A stretch of 64,000 nt of DNA. Origin: a bacterium (GTDB taxonomy: Bacteria; Patescibacteriota; Minisyncoccia; Phycocordibacterales; UBA9973). Under the pieces are notes generated by a model. That model had not been told where the DNA came from and did no database searches. It saw only the letters and a program-made list of their open reading frames with translations. The position numbers and the translations under genes are program-made. Shown piece after piece: positions 24,493 to 35,202 of this stretch. Where the stretch lies: NCBI GenBank assembly GCA_037200905.1, contig JBBCGN010000001.1, positions 25,380 to 89,379 on the forward strand, read 5' to 3'. How positions within the stretch are numbered: position 1 is the first letter of the stretch; each line of letters begins with the position of its first letter.

Positions 24493-24917
24493 TAGTTTAT
24501 ACCAGTACTCCCTTCCCGCCCTTCACCTCTTGAAGTATCAGAGAGCTCTGATACTTCTACAATATCACAATCTTCAAATTTTTGGATAAGCATCTGGGTA
24601 AACTTTTGACCTTTTTCTATCGTCTGAACCTCGCTTGAAAGATTTACCATAGATGCCACGAACTCTCCGCGAAAACTGCTATCAATAACTCCACCCATTA
24701 CCTTTAAGCCGCATTTAAAGGAAATACCAGATTTGTCCCAAACTAGGCCAACATGACCTTCAGGTATCTCAAATGCGATACCAGTATGAATTCGTTTTTG
24801 TTCTCCAGGTTGAAAAACCACCTCTTCTGATGCGTATATATCCATACCCGCGTCGCCAACATGACCTTTTGTCGGCAGTCTTGCATCAGCATTCAGTTTT
24901 TTAACTTTTAGTTCCAT
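24492..24917 (-). CDS. dut: dUTP diphosphatase
   Basis: DAGMD, KSG, GVIDSSFRGE, RGEGREGSTG. Confidence 0.95.
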   Translation of the reverse strand: MELKVKKLNADARLPTKGHVGDAGMDIYASEEVVFQPGEQKRIHTGIAFEIPEGHVGLVWDKSGISFKCGLKVMGGVIDSSFRGEFVASMVNLSSEVQTIEKGQKFTQMLIQKFEDCDIVEVSELSDTSRGEGREGSTGIN

Positions 24918-25612
24918 TACTTCAATACCTTTTTTACTTGTTTATAAATTTCTTCGTGAATCGCTTCACGCGGCAACAATACATCCTTGGGAGCACATTC
25001 AATTTTTGCATAATACTTTTGTGTTTTTGAAAGCCAAAGACCCGCATTCGCAGAATTAGTCAGATATTCTATATCCCCTTCAACGATATCTTTCTTTTTG
25101 CTCGTATAGGCGCGCGATGTTTGCTTGTTGCGCTCTTTAATCAATCTTAAAATCACTTTCATTGGCACGCGCAGATAAAACACGACATCTGGTCTCGGAA
25201 TTTTAAACACTCCATATTCCATCTCATCGAGCCATTCGATAAATGCTTTACGTTTACTGGCATTTTTGATCTTACCGCCTTGATGGATTTGATTTGCGCT
25301 GACATAACGATTCGCAATCACGATATACCCCTTATCCAGCCAGCCAGCCAGTTTTTCTTTTGTTTCAAATCTATCTGCAGCGTACAACACTGAAGCTATT
25401 TTCGGATGCACGTGCAGAAAGTTGTAATATTGCTCGGTCAAACAGTGTCCGATAAACTTACCAAAAAAGTTGTCATAGTACTCAGGGAAATCTACCATCT
25501 TTACCGTATGCCCTTCTTTTTGCAAACGCTTCATCAAGAGATTAACTTGTGTCGCCTTGCCACTTCCGTCAGTACCGTCTATGACTATCAGTCTGCCTTT
25601 TTTCTTTTTCAT
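24917..25612 (-). CDS. tmk: Thymidylate kinase
   Basis: IDGTDGSGKAT P-loop, LYAADR, NRYVSAN, PDVVFYL. Confidence 0.9.
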   Translation of the reverse strand: MKKKKGRLIVIDGTDGSGKATQVNLLMKRLQKEGHTVKMVDFPEYYDNFFGKFIGHCLTEQYYNFLHVHPKIASVLYAADRFETKEKLAGWLDKGYIVIANRYVSANQIHQGGKIKNASKRKAFIEWLDEMEYGVFKIPRPDVVFYLRVPMKVILRLIKERNKQTSRAYTSKKKDIVEGDIEYLTNSANAGLWLSKTQKYYAKIECAPKDVLLPREAIHEEIYKQVKKVLK

Positions 25613-25613
25613 G

Positions 25614-25982
25614 CTAGAAATCCTCCCTGATGAATTCATCGGCCTCTTCCAAGATCTGCTCGAGCTCTGCGACGCTCTTGAAATCCCTGACTCTCGCTAT
25701 CAGATCGTCATGGATCGATATCGCCTGCTGGTATGCCTCATCTGCGGCGATCTGAGGCGAAAGCGCCATAGTGCGCCTGGCGAGATATTCGGCGAACGGC
25801 AGATACTCCAGTTCCCGGTTCCGCGCCTGCAGCTCTTCCAGCGAGAGGCCTTTTTCCCTGAGATCGAAGCCGATGGCGAAAAATTGATTCTTGGCATCGG
25901 CAAATTCGTATCGGAATTTCTCATCCGTATCGATCACCCTCGGCCCTCTTTCGTTTGGTGCGGGATTGCCTTCCATGGTCAT
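25614..25982 (-). CDS. Hypothetical helical protein (probable paralog of the next gene)
   Basis: 122-aa ORF tightly packed in the operon. Confidence 0.65.
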   Translation of the reverse strand: MTMEGNPAPNERGPRVIDTDEKFRYEFADAKNQFFAIGFDLREKGLSLEELQARNRELEYLPFAEYLARRTMALSPQIAADEAYQQAISIHDDLIARVRDFKSVAELEQILEEADEFIREDF

Positions 25983-26359
25983 GCGGCGTGAGCCTTGTTA
26001 AAAAGTTCTCGGACATCTTTCATGATCAGGTCCAGCTCCCTCTTGCCCGTGAACCGCTTCAAGTCCCTGACGAGCTTGTTGTACGTCTCGATCTCTTGCT
26101 CGTATTCGGATAATATTTTTTGAGAGATATAGTGATGCTGCTTGTCGCCCAGATAGATCAGGAGCGGAGACAGGCCCTGAGCCATGCTCTTTATCCCTTC
26201 GATGCTTCCGCCCGCCTCATACACGCTCTCGATGCCTGCAAATTGACTGTGAGCTTCTGCAAAAAAATGCCAGAAGGCTTCGGGCGTCTCAGCCAGATCT
26301 TTGTCCGGCTCCGCATCATTCCTTTCTTCGGCTTTCGAAAGCTTATTGAAATTAAACAT
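25979..26359 (-). CDS. Hypothetical helical protein
   Basis: 126-aa ORF, 4-bp overlap with the downstream gene. Confidence 0.65.
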   Translation of the reverse strand: MFNFNKLSKAEERNDAEPDKDLAETPEAFWHFFAEAHSQFAGIESVYEAGGSIEGIKSMAQGLSPLLIYLGDKQHHYISQKILSEYEQEIETYNKLVRDLKRFTGKRELDLIMKDVRELFNKAHAA

Positions 26360-26363
26360 ATAT

Positions 26364-27608
26364 TTATGCGAAATGCTCCGGTATCGGGAACTTAGTTGCT
26401 AATGCTTTTATTTTTGCTTTTATCTCTGCTTTCTTCGCTGCATCATCTTTGTTCTTGAGTGTTTCGATCATGAGCTCTGCTACTTCCGCACAATCGGCCT
26501 CCTTGAAACCGCGAGTAGTGATGGCCGGCGTACCGAAACGGATGCCGGAAGGATCAAGAGGCTTGCGCGTATCATTAGCGATCGAGTTCATATTCAAAGT
26601 GATTCCTACTTCATCAAGCACTGTCTGCGCAACTTTCCCTGTGACGCCGAGCGAACCGAACACGTCGGCCAGTATCAGATGATTGTCCGTGCCGCCGCCG
26701 ATCATGCGGATATTATTCTTTCGGAGAACTTCTTCCATGGCTTTGGCGTTCTTGAGGACCTGTTCTGCATATTCTTTAAAAGCCGGAGTGGCTGCCTCGC
26801 CAAAAGCTACGGCTTTGGCCGCCACGATATGCATGTGCGGACCGCCCTGGATGCCCGGGAAAATGGCCTTGTCGATCTTCTTCGCCAGCTCTTCGCTCTC
26901 GCGAGTCAGTATCAGTCCCCCGCGCGGGCCGCGGAGAGTCTTGTGCGTAGTGGAAGTGATGATGTCGAAACCGTCGTCGAACGGATTGCGCAGCGCGCCT
27001 GCGGCGATCAGTCCGGCGATGTGCGCCATGTCAGCGACGGTGATTGCTCCGACCTCTTTGGCAATATCCACGAATTTCTTGTAATCGAGCGTGCGGGAAT
27101 ATGCGGAGAATCCGGCGAGAATTATTTTCGGCTTCTTTTCTATCGCTACGCGGCGCAGTTCTTCATAATCGATTTCTCCCGTTTCCGGATCCTTCATCTT
27201 GTACGTGACAAAATTATAAATCTTGGCTGGCAGAGTCATCGGGTGTCCGTGGGTGAGATGTCCGCCGTGAGAGAGATCCATGCCGAGCACGGTATCGCCC
27301 GGTTCGAGCAGCGCTGCATAGACTGCGAGGTTGGCAGGAGCGCCGGAGTGCGGCTGGACGTTGGCGAACTTGCATTTGAACAGCCCGCAAGCGCGCTCGA
27401 TAGCCAGACGTTCGAGCGGATCGGTAAATTCCTGCCCGCCATAATAGCGTTTGCCCGGGTAGCCTTCGGAATATTTATTGGTAAATATGGAGCCGTTCGC
27501 CTCGAGCACGTCGTGCGAGACGTAATTTTCGGACGGTATCAGCTCTAGGCCGTCGCGCTGCCTTTCCGCTTCCCCTTGTATCAGTTTTGCGACTTCGGAG
27601 TCATTCAT
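26364..27608 (-). CDS. glyA: Serine hydroxymethyltransferase
   Basis: LIPSEN, NKYSEGYPGKRYYGG, GGHLTHG, TTHKTLRGPRGG. Confidence 0.98.
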   Translation of the reverse strand: MNDSEVAKLIQGEAERQRDGLELIPSENYVSHDVLEANGSIFTNKYSEGYPGKRYYGGQEFTDPLERLAIERACGLFKCKFANVQPHSGAPANLAVYAALLEPGDTVLGMDLSHGGHLTHGHPMTLPAKIYNFVTYKMKDPETGEIDYEELRRVAIEKKPKIILAGFSAYSRTLDYKKFVDIAKEVGAITVADMAHIAGLIAAGALRNPFDDGFDIITSTTHKTLRGPRGGLILTRESEELAKKIDKAIFPGIQGGPHMHIVAAKAVAFGEAATPAFKEYAEQVLKNAKAMEEVLRKNNIRMIGGGTDNHLILADVFGSLGVTGKVAQTVLDEVGITLNMNSIANDTRKPLDPSGIRFGTPAITTRGFKEADCAEVAELMIETLKNKDDAAKKAEIKAKIKALATKFPIPEHFA

Positions 27609-27637
27609 GCCTCTATGATATCACAGCCGCTCCGTAC

Positions 27638-28519
27638 TCATCTGTGGAATGAAAAGTCCGCATTCTGGCCGTCCGATTTGAGGATGATATTGCCTACAAG
27701 GTCTGTCCGGAGAATCTGCACGCCGAACTGTCCGAGAGTGTCGAGGGTCTCCTGATGCGGGTGGCCGTACTTGTTGTCCCGGCCGTCGGATATGACAGCG
27801 TAGGTCGGATTGACGGCCTGCACGAAGTCCGGAGAGGTAGAGGTGCGCGACCCATGATGCCCGACTTTGAGTATCGTGCTATGCAGCGCTGCTACAGAGT
27901 TTTCAGAGAGAAGTATCTTTTCTGTTTCGGCAGTGGCGTCGCCGGTGAGCATGATAGAAGTAGTGCCGTATGTGAGCTTCGCCATGATCGAGCCGTCATT
28001 GGTGGTCCACGTAGACACGTCGCGATCCGGAAAGAGAACATCGACGACTGCGCCGCCGCCCATGTCGATGCGCATGCCGCGCCGCGCGATCGTATCGGGA
28101 ATATTTTTTTCTTTTACAGCCGTTTCGATGCTCTGATAGATCTTGGATTCGTTGAACGTGCCCGGCTCGAAGACTTGTCCGACTTTGTATGACTTCAAGA
28201 CATCCGCAAAGCCGGCGATGTGGTCTTGGTCCGGGTTGGTGATCATGATGGCATCAATCTTCTTATCGAAGAACGGCATCATTTTCGGCAGCTGTTTCAT
28301 GAGCTGGCCCGGCGGCCCGCCATCGACGAGCATCTGGGTACCGGTCGGCGACTCGATATAGAGGGCATCGCCTTGGCCGATGTCGAGCATGGCAAAGGTC
28401 AGCTTCCGGTGCTCGGTCCGCCAGATGAGCCAGAAAATATAGATATTCAGGAAAAGGAGCAGAAAATACGAGGCTATGATCCAGTATTTATTGAAAGATA
28501 TCTCCCTCTCGTTCGGCAT
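27638..28519 (-). CDS. Stand-alone ComEC/Rec2-type metallo-beta-lactamase domain protein
   Basis: LDIGQGDA, TNPDQDHIAG, LTGDA, LKVGHHGS, NKYGHPH. Confidence 0.9.
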   Translation of the reverse strand: MPNEREISFNKYWIIASYFLLLFLNIYIFWLIWRTEHRKLTFAMLDIGQGDALYIESPTGTQMLVDGGPPGQLMKQLPKMMPFFDKKIDAIMITNPDQDHIAGFADVLKSYKVGQVFEPGTFNESKIYQSIETAVKEKNIPDTIARRGMRIDMGGGAVVDVLFPDRDVSTWTTNDGSIMAKLTYGTTSIMLTGDATAETEKILLSENSVAALHSTILKVGHHGSRTSTSPDFVQAVNPTYAVISDGRDNKYGHPHQETLDTLGQFGVQILRTDLVGNIILKSDGQNADFSFHR

Positions 28520-28533
28520 GATACAATAGTAGC

Positions 28534-29131
28534 ATGGAAAAATTTCAAGAAAAAAAATTCGATATCCCCGAGCTCAAGGGCATCTCGGCCAAGAATATCG
28601 AGGAGCACCTGAAGCTCTATGCCGGTTATGTGAAGAATGCCAATACGATACTGGAGAAGATCGAATGAGTACGCGGCGGACGCGGAAAAGCATGCCTACG
28701 CGCTCGGCGAGATCCAGAGAAGGTTCGGCTTCGAATACAACGGCATGCGCAATCACGAAGTGTATTTCCAATCCCTTTCCGGAGGAGCGAAACCGCTCGC
28801 GGAACGAGAGCGGGCTGAAGAAGGCCATCGCGTCCGAATGGGGCTCGTTCGACGCCTGGCTCGATCGCTTCAAGGCGATCGCTCTGACCCGCGGCATCGG
28901 CTGGGCCATGCTCTACTACGACCGGGAAAGAAGGGCGATTGCTCGCGACGTGGTCGACGAAGCAGCATCTGGGGCAGCTGCAGGACTGCGCCCTCATCCT
29001 CGGCATCGACATGTGGGGAACACGCCTACGTCTACGACTATCCGACGAGCGAGAAGAAAAAATATGTCGAAGCGTTCTTCGAGAACCTGAACTGGGAGGC
29101 CATCGAGGAGAATCTCAAAAACGCGCAATAG
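28534..29131 (+). CDS. Fe/Mn superoxide dismutase (frameshifted)
   Basis: EEHLKLY.GYV, NHEVYF, GIGWAML, DMWEHAY (across frameshift), NLNWE. Confidence 0.85.
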
Positions 29132-29389
29132 CTCCTCGACGAAAAAGCTCTGCACATACTAGTGGAGAGCTTTTGGTGTAATCATGGCGCAACGGCTGCC
29201 GGGGAAAGGTGAAAACCTGTATGAGCAAGTGATGGTCGCATATATGGTACTCCTTTCCTTGCGGGAGTCAACAAATAAAAAAACCTCCGCCGGAGCAGAG
29301 GGTTTATGTGAAAGAATTTTTTTAATGAGATGACGAATACCTCCTTTTTATTACACGGTTCATAATAATGGGATTTACTTCTGGAGAGA

Positions 29390-30883
29390 TTATAGCGGAA
29401 CGTGGGACTGATTGTCAAAGAAGCGCCTGACGCTCCTGCCGAACATGAAAGAGGACAAACATGCGTATATGAGGAGCGTGGCCCACAACGGGAAATGCTT
29501 TATGGAGAGCGCGGCGAATGGGATTCGAGACAAGATGCCGATGACGCCGAGCTCGTATTTGAGAAAGGCGTAAGAAATGAATCCGAACGGCAGAGCGAGC
29601 ACCTGCCAGACGATTCCCGCGAAGCCGGTGATGAAGCCGAGGAACCATGGTAACGGGCACGAACGGCAGGACGAGAATATTAGCCGGCAAGGCTACGAGC
29701 GACAAGTTGCCCATCTCGTAGAGGATGAACGGCAGGACGAACAGGTACGCGGCCACCGTGACCGAAACGATGTCCCGCAGGCCGAAGCGCGGCGTCACCC
29801 ACAGGAAATATTTCTCGATCTTCGGCGACAAGAACACCACTGCCACGGTAGCGAGGAACGACAGCTGGAACGACACATCATATGCGAGCAGCATGGGATT
29901 GGCGAGTATCATGAGCACTCCGGCAAGGACGAGCGCCCGGCCGATGTCATAGGTGCGGCCGGTTGGCTCGGGCGACGAGAGCAAGCGTTGCCATGATGCC
30001 TGCCCGGATAGCCGTCGAGCTCGCGCCCGTCATGACGATGAAGGAGCGCGATGGCAAACACGCCGGCGCCGATGCCGACGAGGCGCGGCAGGAAGGCGAA
30101 GAGCTTCATGAACATTCGGCCACGATTGCTGACGTTGTAGCCGGAGAGGGCCACGATGTGGATGGTGCCCGTATTCACGAAACTCTGGCGCAGGGCCTTG
30201 TCGAATGAAGACTTTTCTCCCAGGATCAGCCCGCCCATGAGCAGGCTCTCCGGAGCCGGGATGGCGAAATTTATCCTGTCTACGAAAGCATCTTTTGGCG
30301 GCAAAGAGAGCGCTCTTTATCTTGTTACCGTTGCCGCGCGAAATACGCTCGATATCCGGATAGCTCATGACGTAAAATATGCCGTCCTTTTTCAGATAAT
30401 CGATGTAATCGAATTCCTTCCCTTGATCTCCGATAAAATTCTCGGGCTCCTCGAGCTCCCCTTCGAAAGCAATCTTGTCACCGTATTTGAAATCTTGGCC
30501 GAGGCTGGTAGGTGATGAGCACTTGGGTCTTGTCATCGCCGTTCTCGATCTCGACATCAAGAGCTATGTTATTCTCGCGGAACGTGGGTTCGTCCACCAC
30601 CTCGCCGGCGAATGAGGCTTTCTCGCCGAGCTGATTCTCGAATGCGCCAGGCGCGGATTGCGGCACCGCCTGGAAACGCAATGCGGCCGAGCGCGCACAG
30701 GAGGAAAAAGAGCGAACCGGCGATGCCCCAGCGCCACTTCGTGCCGATGAGAAAAATCAAGAAGAGCGAAAGCGAGAGCGCTCCGACGAGGATAACGATA
30801 TACGGATGAGAGATACGAAAGAAGCCAGCAGCACGCCGAAGTGCGCATCCGAAACAAGTACTGTAGAATACTCTGCCCCGCAT
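29390..30883 (-). CDS. comEC: ComEC competence membrane protein (frameshifted)
   Basis: GLILGE, TGTIHIVALSGYN, DVSFQLSFLAT, ANILVLP. Confidence 0.88.
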
Positions 30884-30907
30884 ACCGGAAAATGTATTAC
30901 AAAAATA

Positions 30908-31374
30908 TTATTTTGCAAGAGGCACCGGCTCGCCTTCTGCGAAGCTCGTGGCTATCAGATCCGCGCGATCATTGTACTTGTCTTCATTATGGCCTTTCAC
31001 ATAGGTCCATTTCGGCTTGAATTCCTGGTTGAGGATATGCAATTCTTCCCACAATTCTTTGTTGAGCACCGGTTTTCTTGGCGGCGTTGCGCCAATTATT
31101 TTTCATCCAGCCATGAATCCAGTCATTGATGCCGTTGATAACGTATTTGGAATCAGAATAAATTTCAACAGAACCCTGATAATTTATTTTTTTGCAGATA
31201 CTTCATCGCCTCTGTCGGCGCAGTGAGTTCCATCTGATTATTGGTCGCGTGATCTTTTCTCCCGCCAAGCTCATGAGTCTTGTCGCCTGACAGAATAATC
31301 GCTCCCCATCCTGCTTTGCCGGGATTTCCTTTGGCCGCACCGTCTGTATAAATTATCACTGTGTCGTTTTTCAT
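30908..31374 (-). CDS. rnhA: Ribonuclease HI (frameshifted)
   Basis: [32 protein letters not shown]. Confidence 0.9.
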
Positions 31375-31377
31375 AGA

Positions 31378-33041
31378 CTAAAGTATATCAAGAATTCTTA
31401 GACGGAGCTCTTCCCTGCCGCGAAAGCGGGAGAGATCGAATGTAGCGAGAACGTTCACAGGCGTTGAAGTCTCGAGCGAAGTGCTGAAAGAATCCATATT
31501 GGAAAAGAATGATACCGCTTTCGCCTTGTGATGTCCTTCATCGGAGAAAAGTATTTCTAAGTGCTCGCCCGAACCGTTCTTGCCGAAAGCCCGGACATTT
31601 TCGATCTTTATATTCTCGAACAGGAATACCGGCTTGGGATTGGCCAGGCCGAAAGGCGCCATCTTCTCTAGTTCGCGCCAGTTTGTCATAGTGCAGAGGC
31701 TGAAGTCGCCGGCAATGTCGGCGTCATTGGTCTTAGATTCGACAGCATGCTTGATATTGCCATACGATTCGGAAAGAGCATCCTCGAGAAAATGAATCTT
31801 GTCGGGATGAACAGTAAAGCCGCCAGCCAGTTCATGTCCGCCGAATTCCATAAAAGAATCGCTTGAGGCATTCATGAGTTCCACGACAGATACCGAGCCG
31901 TCGCTGCGGCACGAGCCCTTGATAGCATCATTCTCATCTTTGCCCCAGACGAATGCCGGCTTCTTATAAAGATCGCAGAGCTTTCCCGCTACCAATCCGA
32001 GCACGCCGACGCGCCATTCCGGATTCCCGACGACGATGACAGCCTTCATTTCCCTGATGCCGAACTTTTTATTCACGTCTTTCATGATAGCGGCAACGAT
32101 TTTCTTGCGATCATCATTTATCTTCGACAGGTGATTTGCCAATCTATCAGCATCTTCATCGTTCTCGGTAGAAAGCAATTCATAGGCCCGGAGCGGATCA
32201 TCCATTCGCGAAGCGGCGTTGAGCCGGGGCGTAAGCATGAAGCCGATGTCGTCTTCGGAGAGATACTGCTGCTCGATGCTCATCTTCTTCAAGAGTTTCT
32301 GCAGTCCTTTGCGCGGAGATTTGCGCATGGACCTTCATGCCGAAGTGGGCGATAGTCCTGTTCTCTCCGGTGAGCGGCACCATGTCGGAAAGCGTTCCGA
32401 GCCCCGCCATGTCGAGCATCCATTTTTCCGCGCCGGCCTTTATCTTGAAATATTCTCCGTATTTTTTTATGAAGCCTTGAGCGAATTTGAAAGGAATTTG
32501 AAAGCAACGCCCGAGCCGCAGAGCATCTTTCAGGATAATCGTCGGTCTTCGGATTGAGTACGGCGAAGGCACGAGGCAATTCGCCGGCGGCAAATGGTGA
32601 TCGGTGATGATGACATCCATACCGTCTACTGTTGCCTGAGCCACTTCTTCCACCGCCGTGATGCCAAGGTCGACAGTGATGATGAGCTTCACGCCGCTCT
32701 CGGCAAATTGCTTTATGGCAGTGAGATTCAGGCCATATCCTTCAGAAATTGCGCTTAGGAATATAAATCTCATAGTTCTTATAACCGGTTTTCTTGAGCA
32801 AATCTTCGAGAATGACCGCTCCCGGGATGCCGTCGCAGTCATAATCGGCATAAATGACGACCTTCTGATTGTTTTCGATAGCCTCGTAGAGCCGCACGCA
32901 GGCACGCTCCATGTCGCGCATGAGAAATGGATCGTGCAGGCCCTTTTCGTAATCGGGATTGAGAAAGAGATCGGCTTCTGCCACGTCGGTGATGCCCCGC
33001 TTGGCCAGTATTTTCTGCAGCAGCTCCGCGTATTTTTGCAT
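31378..33041 (-). CDS. recJ: ssDNA exonuclease RecJ (frameshifted)
   Basis: DYDCDG, ITVDLG, TDHH, PRLNAASR, GSCRS, GGHELAGG, PFGLANP. Confidence 0.93.
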
Positions 33042-33073
33042 AACTCGAATTTTAGCATACAATAGAGAAAGTT

Positions 33074-33427
33074 ATGGATAACTGCATTTTCTGCAAAATA
33101 ATAAAGGGCGAAATACCGAGCTACAAGGTCTACGAAGATTCTGATTTCTTCGCTTTCCTCGACATTCACCCCAGAGGAGCGGGCCATGTGCAGGTCATCC
33201 CGAAGACTCACCATAGATACGTATGGGATGTGCCGAACGCCGGCGCATACTTCGAAGTCGTAAAAAAAATAGCCCTCGCACAGAAGAAGGCTTTCAATAC
33301 CGATATGGTGCGCAGCCAGATATACGGCGAAGAAGTGCCTCATGCCCACATCTGGGTCTGGCCGGAGGCCGAAGGAAACCGAGAAGCATTCGAAGAGAAC
33401 GCGCAAAAGATTACTCAAGCCCTTTGA
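33074..33427 (+). CDS. HIT family nucleotide hydrolase
   Basis: CIFCKII, FLDIHP, VPHAHIW. Confidence 0.92.
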   Translation: MDNCIFCKIIKGEIPSYKVYEDSDFFAFLDIHPRGAGHVQVIPKTHHRYVWDVPNAGAYFEVVKKIALAQKKAFNTDMVRSQIYGEEVPHAHIWVWPEAEGNREAFEENAQKITQAL

Positions 33428-34406
33428 TTTTCTTTGCTAAGCCGTATCCGTTGCCATGAGAAAGCATTCCTACATAGGAAGCAATCGACTCAGGCTTCGG
33501 ATTTTTTCTTATATTTCGGTACATCCTCCTTTTTGTCGCAGTTCGTAAAACTCTATGGTTCGGAAAATGCACCCAGCCGAGAAAATCCACGCCGGAAGCG
33601 GCGGTCTTGATAAATACTTTGTCGGGATGCATGTGCAATTTCAGTTCGGTTTCCAGAAAATCTTTCATCCGTACCAATACGCCCCTCTACATATTCCTTG
33701 TCTTCCGAGAGGACGGCAAAATCATCGGCATACTGATATAGCATTTCACCTTGAGCCTGTGCTCCACGAACTGGTCGAACTCGTTCATATAGACGTTGAC
33801 CAGGAGCTGGCTGGTTAGGTTGCCGAGCGGCAGGCCCACTTGGACACCCGGTGTCCAAGTGGTGGAAAAGCTGTCGATAACGGTCGTGAGCAGCCAGAGC
33901 GTGTCAGCTTCACCTATGTGTTTCGCCAAAATCTTCTTGAGGATATCATGATCGATGTTGGCGAAGAATTTCCTGATGTCGCACTTCAGGACGTAGCAGG
34001 TTCGGGTATTGTTCTTCGACGTTCTGCGGAAGAAATGCCTGAACCGGTCCATGGCCCTGTGCGTGCCTTTGCCTATCCGGCAGGAATATGAATCGTAGAT
34101 GAACTTCTTGTCGAAGAATGGATACAACATTCTGTATATAGCATGGTGCAGCAGCCGATCGCGCACGCTCGCCTTGTGTATGTCGCGGGGTTTGGGGTCG
34201 GAAATCTTGAATGCACGGTATCCGGAATGTTTATATTTTTTTGTTTTCAAATTCAGATGCAAATTGAGCAAGTTTTCCATCAGATTTCTCTCAAAAATTT
34301 GAACATCCTCCTTGTTCCTTTTATCTTTTTTAAACTCTTTCCAGGCTAAAAGCAGATTCTCCAAGGATATGGTAACATCATATGCATGACTGCAAATTTT
34401 TCTCAC
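33411..34406 (-). CDS. DGR reverse transcriptase (two apparent frameshifts near 33740 and 33680)
   Basis: KPRDI, RDRLLHHA, SYSCRIGKGTH, LKCDIRKFF.NIDH, GLPLGNLTSQ, Y(I)RYADD across a 1-bp gap, GVDFLG. Confidence 0.93.
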
Positions 34407-34446
34407 AGATCAAATAGTAACCCCCCCCCCGACGATTTTGCCAGTC

Positions 34447-34798
34447 ATGCAAAAAGTGAAAACTGTGTATATCCTCTGGTTTGATTGCTATAAAAAATTA
34501 GAAAAAGTACACAAATACACACTTGGACAAAAATCGACAACTTGTTCGTAGAAATTATAGAGGCTATAGCTATAGCTACTTTTTTAGACAAGACAGAAAA
34601 ACAGCCATGGATACGGCTGGCTATTCGAAAATTGGATACGATAAAAATACTTCTGATGATATTGTGGGAGGTGAAATCTATTGATAATAAAAAATATATG
34701 CATATCTCTATGCCGCTCGAAGAAATCGGCAGATGCTCGGCGGATGGAACGGACAGATCGCAAAACAAAACTCCCCTGCCAAAGCAGGGGAGAAATGA
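34447..34798 (+). CDS. avd: Avd-like four-helix-bundle DGR accessory protein (two homopolymer frameshifts; may start at 34386)
   Basis: Reconstructed MQKVKTVYILWFDCYKKLEKVHKYTLGQKIDNLFVEIIEAI...LDTIKILL...LEEIGRMLGGW; KYTLG and EIGRMLGGW are Avd-family hallmarks. Confidence 0.8.
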
Positions 34799-34807
34799 AG
34801 AAAGTTT

Positions 34808-34903
34808 CGGACACCCCCGAACCACCAGTTGTCGTTCCTGTCGTTGTCGTTCTGGTTGACGTTCACATTCGGCTCATCGTTCCACCGGTTGAAGTTCACG
34901 AAG
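34808..34903 (-). repeat. DGR template repeat (TR)
   Basis: 10 AAY codons (FVNFNRWNDEPNVNVNQNDNDRNDNWWFGGVR); aligns ungapped to 35259-35354 with mismatches only at TR adenines. Confidence 0.95.
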
Positions 34904-35175
34904 ATGCGTATAAAATATCTTCCGGGCCACTGCGAGCTTAACAAATCGTAAAGCTTCGCTGTATTTTATTTGTGATGGTAATCACTCAATATTTTATACC
35001 AAGTATCTTCAATTTTTGAAGTTTCTGCACAAACAACCCTGATTGAAACCTTATGTAATAAAATGACCTACCGGGTTGATTCCAAAGATTCTCTGTTTGT
35101 GGATACTGGTTTCGGCAGCATGAAATCGTAATTCCATACAAATTCGCCTAATACCGCTTTTTAGTATAACAAAAA

Positions 35176-35202
35176 AAACGGAATTTTAAAAAAATTCCGT
35201 TT
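35176..35202 (-). terminator. Hairpin downstream of the DGR target (terminator and/or DGR recognition stem-loop)
   Basis: aaacggaatttt-aaa-aaaattccgttt, followed by a T-run on the minus strand. Confidence 0.7.

Noticed and set aside
33411-34406. RT as group II intron, retron or CRISPR-associated RT
   Set aside because: Short RT with no maturase/endonuclease extension, GLPLGNLTSQ motif, adjacent Avd-like gene and adenine-specific TR/VR pair all indicate a DGR
34708-34944. 78-aa Asn-rich ORF as a protein-coding gene
   Set aside because: It is the TR read in the VR frame; AAC richness is a TR property
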